A stretch of DNA of 63,914 nt, the filler included, from Octopus bimaculoides (taxonomy: Eukaryota), in assembly GCF_001194135.2 (NCBI RefSeq). It is 5 parts of 5 records of this genome, joined end to end, with 100 filler letters (N's around TTAATTAATTAA, not from the genome) between each part and the next. Parts side by side here need not be neighbours in the genome. Positions count along the whole stretch, not along the records: positions 1 to 21,342 come from NC_068988.1; 4 more parts are not named here. One strand, 5' to 3'. Shown here piece by piece: positions 1-13,144 of the stretch; the first letter of the stretch is position 1, and the number at the start of each line of letters is the position of its first letter. Under the pieces are notes generated by a model. The model saw nothing but the letters and a program-made list of their open reading frames with translations. It had not been told where the DNA came from and searched no databases. The position numbers and the translations under genes are program-made.

Positions 1-23
1 ATATATATATATATATATATATA

Positions 24-195
24 CATATATACGACGGGTTTCTTTAAGTTTCCGTCCACCAAATCCACTCACAAGGCTTTGGTCGGCCCGAGGCTATAGT
101 AGAAGACACTTGCCCAAGGTGCCACGCAGTGGGACTGAACTCGGAGCCATGTGGTTGGTAAGCAAGTTACTTACCACACAGCCACTCCTGCGCCT
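24..195 (-). mobile_element. tRNA-headed SINE family A, 5' half, running into a (TA)n tract
   Basis: Minus strand reads GGCGCAGGAGTGGCTGTGTGGTAAGTAACTTGCTTACCAACCACATGGCTCCGAGTTCAGTCCC (A/B-box-like), then CTTGGGCAAGT. Near-identical to 19565-19729. Confidence 0.85.
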
Positions 196-224
196 GTTTG
201 CATTTTTTCTTGTTTGCATTATTA

Positions 225-513
225 GATGGGTAGAAAGCATGTTAACATTTTTGCGTATTATTAAATTGTTAGAATAGATGTTAACTGATTAGAATAGATG
301 TTAATCGGTTTGTGTGTTATTAAAAGGCTGGAATCGAGGTTAATAGATTTGTGTGTCATTTTATTACTAGAACGTATGTTAACAGCTTTGAATGTTATTA
401 AATGACGAGATTGGAGTTTTGTGTTATTAAATGTTTAGAAAGGACATTAAAATGTTTGTGTAAATAAATGGTGGAAATCTTTAAATGTTGAAATCTATGT
501 GTGTTATTAAATA
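225..513. repeat. Degenerate ~39-bp minisatellite
   Basis: Units starting at 290, 329 and 368 share TRGAA...GTTAA...TTTG.(R)TGT(Y)ATT. Confidence 0.6.
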
Positions 514-736
514 ACTACAATGGCTCATCCAAGATGCAACTGATTTAGCTTCAACACGCGACCTCCAATTGCATAACCTATTCGCTAAGTACAACAACGA
601 AAAAAAATGCTAATATATATGTGTGCGTGTATGTATGTATGTATGTATGTATGTATGTGTGTGTGTATGTGTGTGAATGTGTGTGTGTTTGTGTCTGTAT
701 GTATTTATGTACGTATACATATATATATATATATAT

Positions 737-1104
737 AAAATACTGGAAGGACTGGTGCCAAACTTTGGCATCAAGTACTACAGGAACGCCCGCACGGGTC
801 GCCACTGCATGGTGCCAAAGGTACCGTCCACTGCATCTCACATAAGAACGAGATACTGCAGCAGCCTCGGTTTCAGAGGACCTCAGCTCTTCAATGCCCT
901 GCCAAAACATTTGAGAGACATGCAAGACATGGATACGGAGGTCTTCAAGACAAAACTTGACACTTTCCTCTCCACGGTACCAGACGAACCAATGGCTCGA
1001 AATGAGACGCAGTTTAGGGCAGCTATGTCAAATTCTCTTATACACCAGATGTGCCATCAAAACTCTTGATTGGACCATGTCAGGTGGGGGAGAAGAGCCA
1101 TGCG
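737..1104 (+). mobile_element. CR1/L2-like LINE, 3' end of ORF2 (5'-truncated)
   Basis: Translation ...RTRYCSSLGFRGPQLFNALPKHLRD...FKTKLDTFLSTVPDEP...RAAMSNSL is a typical LINE ORF2 C-terminus. A homologous copy lies at 62491-62810. Confidence 0.8.
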
Positions 1105-2490
1105 NNNNNNNNNNNNNNNNNNNNNNNNNNNNNNNNNNNNNNNNNNNNNNNNNNNNNNNNNNNNNNNNNNNNNNNNNNNNNNNNNNNNNNNNNNNNNNNN
1201 NNNNNNNNNNNNNNNNNNNNNNNNNNNNNNNNNNNNNNNNNNNNNNNNNNNNNNNNNNNNNNNNNNNNNNNNNNNNNNNNNNNNNNNNNNNNNNNNNNNN
1301 NNNNNNNNNNNNNNNNNNNNNNNNNNNNNNNNNNNNNNNNNNNNNNNNNNNNNNNNNNNNNNNNNNNNNNNNNNNNNNNNNNNNNNNNNNNNNNNNNNNN
1401 NNNNNNNNNNNNNNNNNNNNNNNNNNNNNNNNNNNNNNNNNNNNNNNNNNNNNNNNNNNNNNNNNNNNNNNNNNNNNNNNNNNNNNNNNNNNNNNNNNNN
1501 NNNNNNNNNNNNNNNNNNNNNNNNNNNNNNNNNNNNNNNNNNNNNNNNNNNNNNNNNNNNNNNNNNNNNNNNNNNNNNNNNNNNNNNNNNNNNNNNNNNN
1601 NNNNNNNNNNNNNNNNNNNNNNNNNNNNNNNNNNNNNNNNNNNNNNNNNNNNNNNNNNNNNNNNNNNNNNNNNNNNNNNNNNNNNNNNNNNNNNNNNNNN
1701 NNNNNNNNNNNNNNNNNNNNNNNNNNNNNNNNNNNNNNNNNNNNNNNNNNNNNNNNNNNNNNNNNNNNNNNNNNNNNNNNNNNNNNNNNNNNNNNNNNNN
1801 NNNNNNNNNNNNNNNNNNNNNNNNNNNNNNNNNNNNNNNNNNNNNNNNNNNNNNNNNNNNNNNNNNNNNNNNNNNNNNNNNNNNNNNNNNNNNNNNNNNN
1901 NNNNNNNNNNNNNNNNNNNNNNNNNNNNNNNNNNNATATATATTTATTTATATATGTATATATATATATATTTATATACGTATATGTATATATATTTATG
2001 TGTGTATATAAATTTATACATAAATATCACAATTTATACGTATGTATGTATAAACATACACCCAATATTCATATATATGTGCTCTCTCTTCCTCCTCCTC
2101 CCCCCACTCCTTTACCCTTTGTCCTCCATTCTTAGCAGTGTTTATCTCTTTCTCTCTCTTTCGTTCTGCAACCTCTCTGTCTCTCTCACTCTCTGACACA
2201 CCCATACTCTCTCTCTCTCTCCTCTCCCCCTCTCCTCTCTCTCTCTCCCCTCTCTCTTTCTCTCCTTCTTCAAAGGTACTCTTCTTTGCTATTCCCATCT
2301 GTTGATATACAGTTCGGAAGACGATAAATATTCAATTTGAAAGCAAATTAAATATTGATTTGTTTCCAAACAAATTTACTATTTATGGATCTAATGCAAA
2401 ATCAAATTATTGATTTGTTTATTTAATTCTCCATCTATAAACATAATGTAGGTAGTATATTTTACGAGGAATTATACAAGCTACGTTTAT

Positions 2491-2547
<57 letters not shown>

Positions 2548-2773
2548 TGTGTGTGTGTGCGTGTCTGTGTGTGTGTGTTCGTAACGATATAGTTTAAAAT
2601 ATATTTTATGCAAACACACACACACACGCATACACACGTACGCACGCAAACACACCCACACACACATATACATATATATATATATCATCATCATCACGAT
2701 CCTAGCTCTAATGTAACCCAGATATTCACTGATGGGGGAATTAGAATATATGTATGTGCATGCATATGTGTGT

Positions 2774-2821
<48 letters not shown>

Positions 2822-3457
2822 NNNNNNNNNNNNNNNNNNNNNNNNNNNNNNNNNNNNNNNNNNNNNNNNNNNNNNNNNNNNNNNNNNNNNNNNNNNNNNN
2901 NNNNNNNNNNNNNNNNNNNNNNNNNNNNNNNNNNNNNNNNNNNNNNNNNNNNNNNNNNNNNNNNNNNNNNNNNNNNNNNNNNNNNNNNNNNNNNNNNNNN
3001 NNNNNNNNNNNNNNNNNNNNNNNNNNNNNNNNNNNNNNNNNNNNNNNNNNNNNNNNNNNNNNNNNNNNNNNNNNNNNNNNNNNNNNNNNNNNNNNNNNNN
3101 NNNNNNNNNNNNNNNNNNNNNNNNNNNNNNNNNNNNNNNNNNNNNNNNNNNNNNNNNNNNNNNNNNNNNNNNNNNNNNNNNNNNNNNNNNNNNNNNNNNN
3201 NNNNNNNNNNNNNNNNNNNNNNNNNNNNNNNNNNNNNNNNNNNNNNNNNNNNNNNNNNNNNNNNNNNNNNNNNNNNNNNNNNNNNNNNNNNNNNNNNNNN
3301 NNNNNNNNNNNNNNNNNNNNNNNNNNNNNNNNNNNNNNNNNNNNNNNNNNNNNNNNNNNNNNNNNNNNNNNNNNNNNNNNNNNNNNNNNNNNNNNNNNNN
3401 NNNNNNNNNNNNNNNNNNNNNNNNNNNNNNNNNNNNNNNNNNNNNNNNNNNNNNNNN

Positions 3458-3526
<69 letters not shown>

Positions 3527-3570
3527 ATAGATAGATATATATAGATATACACCCACCCACACACACATAT

Positions 3571-3672
3571 ATACGACGGGCCTCTTTCGGTATCTTTTTA
3601 CCGAATCGACTTACAAAGCTTTGATTGGCCGTGCAGTGGGACTGAACCCGAAACCATGTGGTTGAGAAAGAA
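3571..3672 (-). mobile_element. SINE family A, degenerate and internally deleted
   Basis: ATACGACGGG...GCAGTGGGACTGAACCCGAAACCATGTGGTTG matches the other family A copies. Confidence 0.7.
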
Positions 3673-4137
3673 ACGTCTCTCCGTGCGCGTAAATTTTATA
3701 AATATGAATGGACTGAACTTCCAGAATTAAACATTTATAATTACATTAAACGGCTGATTCGCCGCTGTTGTTTCGACGCTGGCGATTTAACTCGCTTTAC
3801 TAATGGTGACAGTACGTTTTGGAATATGCACACCACACCATAATACATACACACCACACGAAAAATATAAGCATGTAGATAGACAGGGAGAATGAAGCAG
3901 ATAGACAGGTAGAATGGGGGGGCGGAACTAATAAGTTTGCGTTGAATCAACAAGACTGAATACGAGGCGCCATAAAAGCTGTGCCAAAGTGTCTCTTACA
4001 CAGCTGGTGATGAAAATGTTTCTTAAATATAAAGAAATTTCTTTGTGCACGAGTTTTCAACGACGGTGCAATAAAATAAAAGAACTCAAATTTCAAACCA
4101 TTATTCAATGATTTCCCTCAAGATACTGTCCTTCACA

Positions 4138-4191
<54 letters not shown>

Positions 4192-4556
4192 AACACACTC
4201 ACGCGCGCATACAAGCACTTACATTGTTGTTCTCTTTCTCGCTCTCCCTTTCTTTTTCTCTCACAGAAAACCTAAATTTAATAGCCTGTTATTCAACCAC
4301 GCTGTCTGATTCGTACCATATATATATATATATATATTGAAATTTTACTCTTCAATTTACAGCTTTTTAGCCGACACACGAAACAAATCTCAACTTACAA
4401 ACATAGAATATTATTAGAAAATAAAAATATATTTTATGTATTTTATTTTCAAATGGGTTGTAATTTATTGCCCTTACCACACACATACATTTCTATCCAG
4501 TATATTGGCATGTTTCTTCTCATCATTTCAACCAATTATTTTCTATTTTTACCTAG

Positions 4557-4595
4557 ACTCTAGATCGTAGAGAGAAAACGGTTTCCATCTACAAG
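4557..4595 (+). CDS. Candidate 39-nt micro-exon (TLDRREKTVSIYK), host gene unknown
   Basis: Pyrimidine tract + CTAG acceptor and a consensus AAG|GTGAGT donor; only the phase 0-0 frame is open. Confidence 0.4.
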
Positions 4596-5758
4596 GTGAG
4601 TCAAAAGTAGCAACCAATTCCTGCTTTAGCGTTGATATGTATGACTTCCCAACTGGGAGACACATGAACGATGTCATAAATAACAGTACCGCCGATAGTT
4701 GTTGTTCACAAACAACGGCAGTAATTTTATTCAAGGGAAAAGATCCCATTACACCGCCACAACGTGTTGTTGACAAACCACAGCAGTAATTGTTTTCACC
4801 TCAATAGACGTCAGTGATTGGTTGAAATTACCGAAATACGACAACTTTTAACATGAAATAACTTCGAATATAAAATTTTTCTCTGTTCTCTAAGACAAAA
4901 TATACAAGTATACGAAGTGTTAAAGTGTTTCGGTAGAAAACACACTAAATAAAAACTAAATAAAAATTGGTGTCCGCCAAATCTGAAAGATCCGAAAGGA
5001 GTATCTATATTATTGTCATCAAGTACTACAGAATATTTACATGAGCAACAGTTATTGTTTCTTATAAAATTTTATGAATGTCACTTTGTAACAATACATC
5101 GAACCATGTACAAAGTAATAACTAATATACTCGTAACTGAGATTCTAACGTCAGCCACAATTCTCACTACATATACATATTTGCTTAAACTTCAGATATT
5201 TGTTTAAACATAGGTTTAATTATTGTCACACCATTAATTATCGTTATTTAACTATTGAATTATTCCTTACAAATTTCTGTTATCCCACCAAATTATTAAA
5301 CTTCCGAAAACTTATATTACAATTCATTGCGATTTACATAAAATTATACAATTTACGATAAATTCAGATTAAAATCTAAATTTTTACTTTGCATTCACCA
5401 CCGCTAATTGGATTGATTCCATGATACGCAACAATCATTCATATTATACAATCTTGTACACCTACTGATCTAAAAGTGTAACATCGCTTTTCAATTTTTG
5501 CTATTCAATTTTCAAACTTTTAATTCATTTGAATGTTATAATAATTTATATTGGGTTGTATTCCATTATATTTACTTTTGCATAGTTCCTTTCACTAAAT
5601 TTATGTAAACATTCCAAATTTCTATAAGTCACAACAGCCAATTTGCGCACGTACAGTATTTCTCATACGACTTAACCATACAAAAGGATATTGTTATTCG
5701 TTCATGTAAATTCAGTATTCAGTCATTGCACGTTTTATAACTGTATAGACATTTGTGT

Positions 5759-6140
5759 GTGGAGGCGTAATGGCCCAGTGGTTAGGGCAGCGGACTCGTG
5801 GTAATAGGATCGCGGTTTCGATTCCCAGACCGAGCGTTGTGAGTGTTTATTGAACGAAAACACCTTAAGCTCCATGAGGCTCCGGCAGGAGATGGTGGCG
5901 AACCCTGCTGTACTCTTTCACCACAACTTTCTCTCACTCTTTCTTCCTGTTTCTGTTGTACCTGTAATTCAAAGGGCCAGCCTTGTCACATTGTGTGTCA
6001 CGCTGAATATCCCGAGAACTACATTAAGGGTACACGTGTCTGTGGAGTGCTCAGCCACTTGCACGTTAATTTCACGAGCAGGCTGTTCTGTCGATCGGAT
6101 CAACTGGAATCCTCGTCGTCGTAACCGGCGGAGTGCCAAC
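5759..6140 (+). mobile_element. tRNA-headed SINE family B, full length
   Basis: Head GGAGGCGTAATGGCCCAGTGGTTAGGGCAGCGG...GGTTTCGATTCCC. The body matches 15340-15731 along its whole length. Confidence 0.9.
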
Positions 6141-6141
6141 C

Positions 6142-6174
<33 letters not shown>

Positions 6175-6624
6175 TGTCTCTCTATCTATCAACCTGAGTA
6201 TTTATTTGTGTTTGTTTGTCCCCTCTCCTTCTCTGTCTATCTGTCTGTCTGTCTCTCTTTACTCGTTTTCTTCTTTTCCACATGTTTTATATTTTATGTT
6301 CATAGGCCGGTTTGTATTTTGCTTTGGTAGGAATTTTTGAGGAATATGTTCGTGTTTTACTCACATTTTTCATTAATTTCCATGTTATTCACGTTTTTTT
6401 TTTTTTTCACAGTCTTCGTGTTTTACCCAATTTGCATGTCTTCCTCTACATTTGTGTTATACACATTTTTCAGGTTTTATTCATTTCTGCATTTTGCATT
6501 TATTTTTACGATACATTCTTAATTTTTATTTTTCAAATATATCTTAAGTTTTCAAACATTTTTCTAGAATATCATTATTAATTTCTGAGAGGTGTTGTCA
6601 CTAATGTTGCATCTGACAATGCAC

Positions 6625-6740
6625 TTCTTCTTCTTCCTTTTCTTCTTCTTCTTCTTCTTCTTCTTCTTCTTCTTCTTCTTCTTCTTCTTCTTCTTCTTCT
6701 TCTTTTACTACTACTACTACTGCTACTGCTGCTGCTGCTT
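6625..6740. repeat. (TTC)n-(TAC)n-(TGC)n compound microsatellite
   Basis: Direct inspection. Confidence 0.95.
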
Positions 6741-7163
6741 TCTTTATCCCACCTTTTTCTTGTTTCTTTCTTGCTTTTTGTTCTACTTCTTTATTTTCTT
6801 TCTTTCCTCTTCTCTTCCTCCTACTCCTACTTCTTCTTTCTCTTATTCTCTTCTGCCTTTTCTTCTCTGTCATCTTCTCGATACCCCACCACCACCACTA
6901 TAATGCTACTCCACTACTCGCTATCAGAGATGCACATGTCGTCAGCCACCAAGGAACATGCGCAACTGGTTAAGGTCAAACAACTGACAAGCAAATCTGT
7001 GGTATTGTGCAGATAATTTGCTGTAGCCCATCTGTTATTCCAAGACAAAACAATGTACATGATAACACTTCCAATCAATTAAGATCAGAAGCCATGAGAG
7101 CCACTGCCTGGTACTACATCAGGGAATTCATTGTTGTTTTTACTGTTGGTATTGTTGTTGTTG

Positions 7164-7225
<62 letters not shown>

Positions 7226-7228
7226 GTA

Positions 7229-7362
7229 GAGGCGCAATGGCCCAGTGGTTAGGGCAGCGGACTCGCGGTCATTGGATCGCGGTTTCGGTTCCGGTCTGGG
7301 ACTCGAAACCGCGATCCTATGACCGCGAGTCCGCTGCCCTAACGACTGGACCATTACGCCTC
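7229..7362. mobile_element. Inverted pair of family B SINE heads (palindrome)
   Basis: Arms 7229-7287 and 7304-7362 are reverse complements (4 mismatches in 59 bp) around a 16-nt spacer. Confidence 0.9.
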
Positions 7363-7650
7363 CACCACTTAGTAGTATGAACCATTTAAAGGACCAGCGA
7401 AGCCGATGTGTTGTCTCAACCACGGAACATTTACTTCTAGTCAAGGTTCCCATTTTGGATAATTTTGCTGCTAGAGAACATCCTCTACAGCCTTTCACCA
7501 AATTTTCGATTTCTTTGTTCATCTTTCGCCACTACATTAACTTTTTCATCCTTGAAATACTTGGCTGTCCGATGTGAAATTCTCTCAACCTTTTCTTTTG
7601 TAGTGTTTCCGGTATGACCATTCTCTGTGCATACATCAGTTACGCCATTA
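7363..7650 (-). mobile_element. Gypsy LTR-retrotransposon integrase fragment (pseudogene)
   Basis: Minus strand: LMYAQRMVIPETLQKKRLREFHIGQPSISRMKKLM*WRKMNKEIENLVKGCRGC (HHCC-like), then after a frameshift PWLRQHIGFAGPLNGSYY*VV. Confidence 0.8.
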
Positions 7651-7789
7651 CATGTTGAGTGTATATTACCGTCTTTCTTTTTTTTTTTTTTCGTTTGACC
7701 TCGAAAAGCTACATTGCATTCAAATTTAGCGAAAATATATGTTTTTCCTGTAACACCATGTGCTACCTTTTTACATTTAATTAAATTTG

Positions 7790-7975
7790 GCTTACTGACA
7801 TATTTCTAAGTTTTTTTCGTTCTCAGTTCAAAGTCTACCGAGGTCGACTTTACCTTTCATCGTTTCGGAGTTGTTAAATTAAGTACCAGTAAAACACTGG
7901 AGTCGATGTAATCGACTCATCCCCTCCACAAAAATGGTTGCCCTTGTGGCAAAATTTGAAATCAATAATGATTAT
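7790..7975 (+). mobile_element. SINE family C, degenerate
   Basis: GTTCAAAG.CTACCGAGGTCGACTTTACCTTTCATC...GTCGATGTAATCGAC, homologous to 31030-31200 and 52931-53132. Confidence 0.75.
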
Positions 7976-8149
7976 TATTATTCTTTGTTGCTCTACTGAT
8001 ACTTTGATGTCGAAGCTACAATGGATGAAGTCGATGCAGTTTTGCAATAACTTGTGGAAACTGTTTTCTTTGCTTTGCTGTTGTGATTACTTTTTGTTGC
8101 AGTAACTGCATCCGTTGTTGCTGCTGCAATTTCCTTCTCTCTCTCTCTC

Positions 8150-8205
<56 letters not shown>

Positions 8206-8635
8206 TTTGAGGCTGTTGCATTTGTAATTTCTAAAATTCCTGTTACTGTTGTCGGTGTTGATATTTTCCCGCTTAGTAACGGTACTACAGTGGCGTTCTG
8301 ATTGGTGCTGTTGCAGTTGTCGGTATTGGTTTGTAAAGGTAGTTATTACTGTTTCTTTTGTTTTTACGCTATTTTTATTGTTGCAGTTGTTGTTGTTGTT
8401 GTTGTTGCTGCTGTTGTTGTTGTTTTCATTGTTGTTGCTATAGTTACTGTTTTACAGTTTTATTTTATATTTCCTTACATTTAATAAAATTTCTTCATTT
8501 CTTCATTTTTGTTAGAAATTTTTCTTTACAAATTTTATAATATAAAATAATAATACCACTACAATGGTTACTACTGCTACTGCTGTATGATGATGATGAC
8601 GATATTTTTACTACCACCACCACCACCACCACCAA

Positions 8636-8667
<32 letters not shown>

Positions 8668-8919
8668 CTATTATTATTACTTTCTTATTATTGTTTTGTT
8701 TTTATTTTTGTTATTGTTATTATTATCATTATTATTAGTAGTATTATTATAACAACAGCCACAATAATTATTATAATATTAGTGATGTTTTAACAATTAG
8801 AAGTGATTTTTTAAAATTATCTTTTACTTGTTTCTTCTTTTTTCTTCTTTGTACATAATGATGATGATGATGATGATGATGATTATCATCACCATCGTTA
8901 TCATCCCTGTCGTCGGCAT

Positions 8920-8955
<36 letters not shown>

Positions 8956-9703
8956 TTCCATTTCTGGCAGAAGGCCAATACCAATTCTAACACCTTCTTA
9001 GAATTTTTTTTCCTAATTGTATATATTATTTCTATTTTATATTTTACTGGGAAATGCCACGTTTGAGCAGATGTTTAGAGTTTTAATTAATACCGTTTTA
9101 GAAACAAAACAAGCTGTTTTCTTTAATGAGCGTGAAATTTCGAAAAGCGTTGTTTCGCTACTCTTTTCACTGTTTTCAATTTTCATTTAACCTTATATTA
9201 TTTGTTTTCTTTTGATTTTAATGATATGATGGTATGATTATTCTAATTGTAGTTGCATAATTCTAAGTGGAATATTATTAAAATCTAAGAAAATTTGGGG
9301 TTGTCGTTTGCCCCAAGGCATGCAGATTGATTGAAATTTACGAAAACTTTAGTTTTATATACGATTCACAGAACGAGAAATTGAGAACTGAGGGATTTAC
9401 ATTTGCATTGAAAAAAAACGTTAAAAATGATGAGTGAAATACAAAGCTGATATCAATAAGAATGTATTCAGTATTAACATCTTACATGACCGATTTGTAT
9501 ATTATATATATATATATATATATATATNNNNNNNNNNNNNNNNNNNNNNNNNNNNNNNNNNNNNNNNNNNNNNNNNNNNNNNNNNNNNNNNNNNNNNNNN
9601 NNNNNNNNNNNTATATCTGTCTGTCTGTCTATCTGTCTGTTTGTCTGTATGTATGTCTGTATGTATGTCTGTCTGTCTGTCTGTCTGTCTGTATGTATGT
9701 ATG

Positions 9704-9845
9704 TAAGGAGCGCTTTTCACACAGTTTCCGTCTACAAAATTCCTTTCCTATTGGTCGAGTCAGGTTTATAGTTGAAAATACCTACCTATGGGGGATGTTC
9801 TTTGAGAGTGAAACCTAAGCCACGTTGTTGCAAGCGAACTTCTTA
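9704..9845 (-). mobile_element. Highly diverged family A-like SINE
   Basis: CAGTTTCCGTCTACAAAATTC...TTGGTCG...TATAGTTGAAAATAC aligns loosely with family A and sits next to a microsatellite. Confidence 0.5.
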
Positions 9846-9869
9846 TATTTTTATCATTTTATTTTCATA

Positions 9870-11113
9870 TATCCGGTTGGTCAGAAAGTCCGTTCGATTT
9901 TTTGAAAGGAATTAAAACGCACGTTTTAAACACAAAGCGATTTATTCAATCAGTGATATAATTACTGTTTCCCGCCTGTATCTTGTACTATTTTGTGGGC
10001 AGATCCCTTATTCCCTCTTCATAGAATTTTTATGCCTTTAATTTGGTGATATTGGTGTACTGGCAAAGAATTATTCCTGATGAACTTTTACATCTTCAGC
10101 TTTGAAGATCTGTCAACTAAATGAATTTTGAAGAAACAAAAACATATGGAAATTTGAAAGTACAAAGTTCGGCAAATATGAAAAGTGCGGAAAAAAATCT
10201 CAACCAAACCCCAGCAACTTCTACAGCGTTTGCAAAATATGAGCAGGCTGGCATGGTCATGATGAAAGACAATGATTAGCAAGTTCTGGACGCTTCTAGA
10301 ATACTGCTGCGTTTAATTTGTCCAGCTGGTCACAGTTCATTTCCGAATTGCTGGTCATGTCTGAGGGAAGAAACTCGTAAAAGACAACACACTTCCAATA
10401 TCACCAAATTAAAGACATAACATTCTTCGGGTGAAGTCCTGCTCTGGAGATTGTTTATGGTGGCACACCGCGCTAACCCCATGATCGTTTACGCTTCACA
10501 TTGTACAAGATCCATTTTTCTGTTACCATTCTCTTCAAAACGGATTGTTTACGTCACGTTTCTTCAACGAATCGCAGGCGGTAATTCGCTGGTCGAGATT
10601 AACCTCATTCAATTCATGTGATACTCAGACATCGAGCCTGCTGACGTAACCAAGTTGATGTATATAGGTTTCAACACTCGATACAGAAATCTGGAAAATA
10701 TCTATGACCATCCTGGTCGTATAATAGGGCCGGTTTCGACGAATTGCTTCATTTTGTCGCTGTTAATCTCAGTTGGCCGGACAGAGCGAGATGCCTCTTC
10801 AACCGACAAATTTTCCAATCAAAATCTTTAAAAACACTTCTAGCATACTTTCCTGTTGGTTTCTGCCACTTTCTTGATATTTTGAATTTAAGAAATACAT
10901 GATGTATTGATAATGTTCGTTTTGGTTCTCCATTTTCAGGGTGATTTCAAACACACAAAATACAACTTGTTTTGTCACAAGTTCGCATCAGAGTACATTG
11001 AAGTGTCAATTATCAAACGAGTGGACAAGCACAGTGGACAGACTGAAGTCAGCTACTTATTACTGTGTCTGAAATTTAGTGTCCAAGGTTACAGGAACTT
11101 TTTGACCAACACA
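9870..11113 (-). mobile_element. Mariner DNA transposon relic, near full length
   Basis: TIRs GTTGGTCAGAAAGTCC (9876) and GGAACTTTTTGACCAAC (11094). Broken transposase: MENQNEHYQYIM..., HQLGYVSRLDV*VSHELNEVNLDQRITACDSLKKR, EKWILYNVKRKRSW. Confidence 0.85.
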
Positions 11114-12814
11114 CAGCTATCAATAGTTATCAGTTATAACTTAGCAGACATTCCAAATTATAAATATAGAAACAACGAGGAGATCAATAAAAGAAATTAT
11201 TGAAAATATTAAAATGTTAAAAGGTCAGTGAAGGTGTCTTGCCATCTTATTTCTATTGGTTAAAATCAGGGTAAGGTGAAAAATGTTCAGAATAAGTGAA
11301 TGTGTATGACGAAGCGTGAATACGCAAATATTATCCGCTTGCCGTTTCAAGTTTAAACGTGCCATAGTGAGCAAAATAGCTTGTTAAAAGCAACAGAAAA
11401 TAAATTGCTGTATATATTGCTTTGAATACCATTTAGCTGAATGTTTCTAGATTAGATTATACATAGTAAATTATGTTAGTGCATAGAATTTTTATGTTTT
11501 AATCGAGCTATTAGCTTCTTTACAATTTTAATTTTAAAATATAAGTAACCTTTTAAATTATCATATAATCTCTGCGAGATAATATGATTATCACACAAGT
11601 ACATATATGTGTACGTATGAGTGAGTGTTCGTCTGTGGTGTACTTGAACTTATAGCTTATCTCTCGTGGATTCGTATAACATGAATTATTCAACATATTT
11701 TTGATTTCAAAATATATATTTGGACCAGATAATTAGAATATCATTGATTTGATTGTATACGCCTAACAGAGGTCAAAACTGATGGCAGAGTAGAAGAAGC
11801 GCTTAGATTTTTATGAAATAACCCTTTACCTGTCAAAAGCATTTTCACAAGTTTGTCCTACCACGCATGCTTGATTTTAAGTAGTTTTTGTCTAATATAT
11901 TCTGAGTAATGTAAAGCTTTCCTTTAAATAACTCCCAAGTTACTCTGGCGGATGAAGAAAATTGGGAGTACGTATCACATATGATTCATCGATGCTAAGA
12001 AAATATGTTCTGCGAATCACATATGAAACGCAAGTCAGGCAAAGTTTTAAAAGAAGAAAAACAAAACAAAATTAACAATGGCAGTGATAAACTCAAAAGG
12101 GCTGCAAGTCAGATGGTGTATAGGAGTGAGTAGCAATGAACTTTTGCATCAAGATTTCATATAATATAGACGTTAATATATATATATATATATATATATA
12201 NNNNNNNNNNNNNNNNNNNNNNNNNNNNNNNNNNNNNNNNNNNNNNNNNNNNNNNNNNNNNNNNNNNNNNNNNNNNNNNNNNNNNNNNNNNNNNNNNNNN
12301 NNNNNNNNNNNNNNNNNNNNNNNNNNNNNNNNNNNNNNNNNNNNNNNNNNNNNNNNNNNNNNNNNNNNNNNNNNNNNNNNNNNNNNNNNNNNNNNNNNNN
12401 NNNNNNNNNNNNNNNNNNNNNNNNNNNNNNNNNNNNNNNNNNNNNNNNNNNNNNNNNNNNNNNNNNNNNNNNNNNNNNNNNNNNNNNNNNNNNNNNNNNN
12501 NNNNNNNNNNNNNNNNNNNNNNNNNNNNNNNNNNNNNNNNNNNNNNNNNNNNNNNNNNNNNNNNNNNNNNNNNNNNNNNNNNNNNNNNNNNNNNNNNNNN
12601 NNNNNNNNNNNNNNNNNNNNNNNNNNNNNNNNNNNNNNNNNNNNNNNNNNNNNNNNNNNNNNNNNNNNNNNNNNNNNNNNNNNNNNNNNNNNNNNNNNNN
12701 NNNNNNNNNNNNNNNNNNNNNNNNNNNNNNNNNNNNNNNNNNNNNNNNNNNNNNNNNNNNNNNNNNNNNNNNNNNNNNNNNNNNNNNNNNNNNNNNNNNN
12801 NNNNNNNNNNNNNN

Positions 12815-12862
<48 letters not shown>

Positions 12863-13110
12863 ACTTCCATATACGAACACATAACTACTCATAAGCAGAC
12901 ACAATTATACATATGTGTGTATGAGTGTCTATGTGGGGGGTGTGTGTGAGCAGATAGCTTATCTCTATAATTATGAAAATATCAATATATTTCATTTTAT
13001 TTACAAAATTTTGTGTGTGTGGTTGTGTGTATGTGCGTGCGCGCGTGCGTGTGTGTATATTTACGAGCGCGTGTGGCGGTGAATGTACACATCTATATGC
13101 ATGTGTACAG

Positions 13111-13144
<34 letters not shown>

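Noticed and set aside
10907-11203. 98-aa ORF with an apparent TTTTCAG acceptor
   Set aside because: It is the antisense of the mariner 5' UTR and start codon region.
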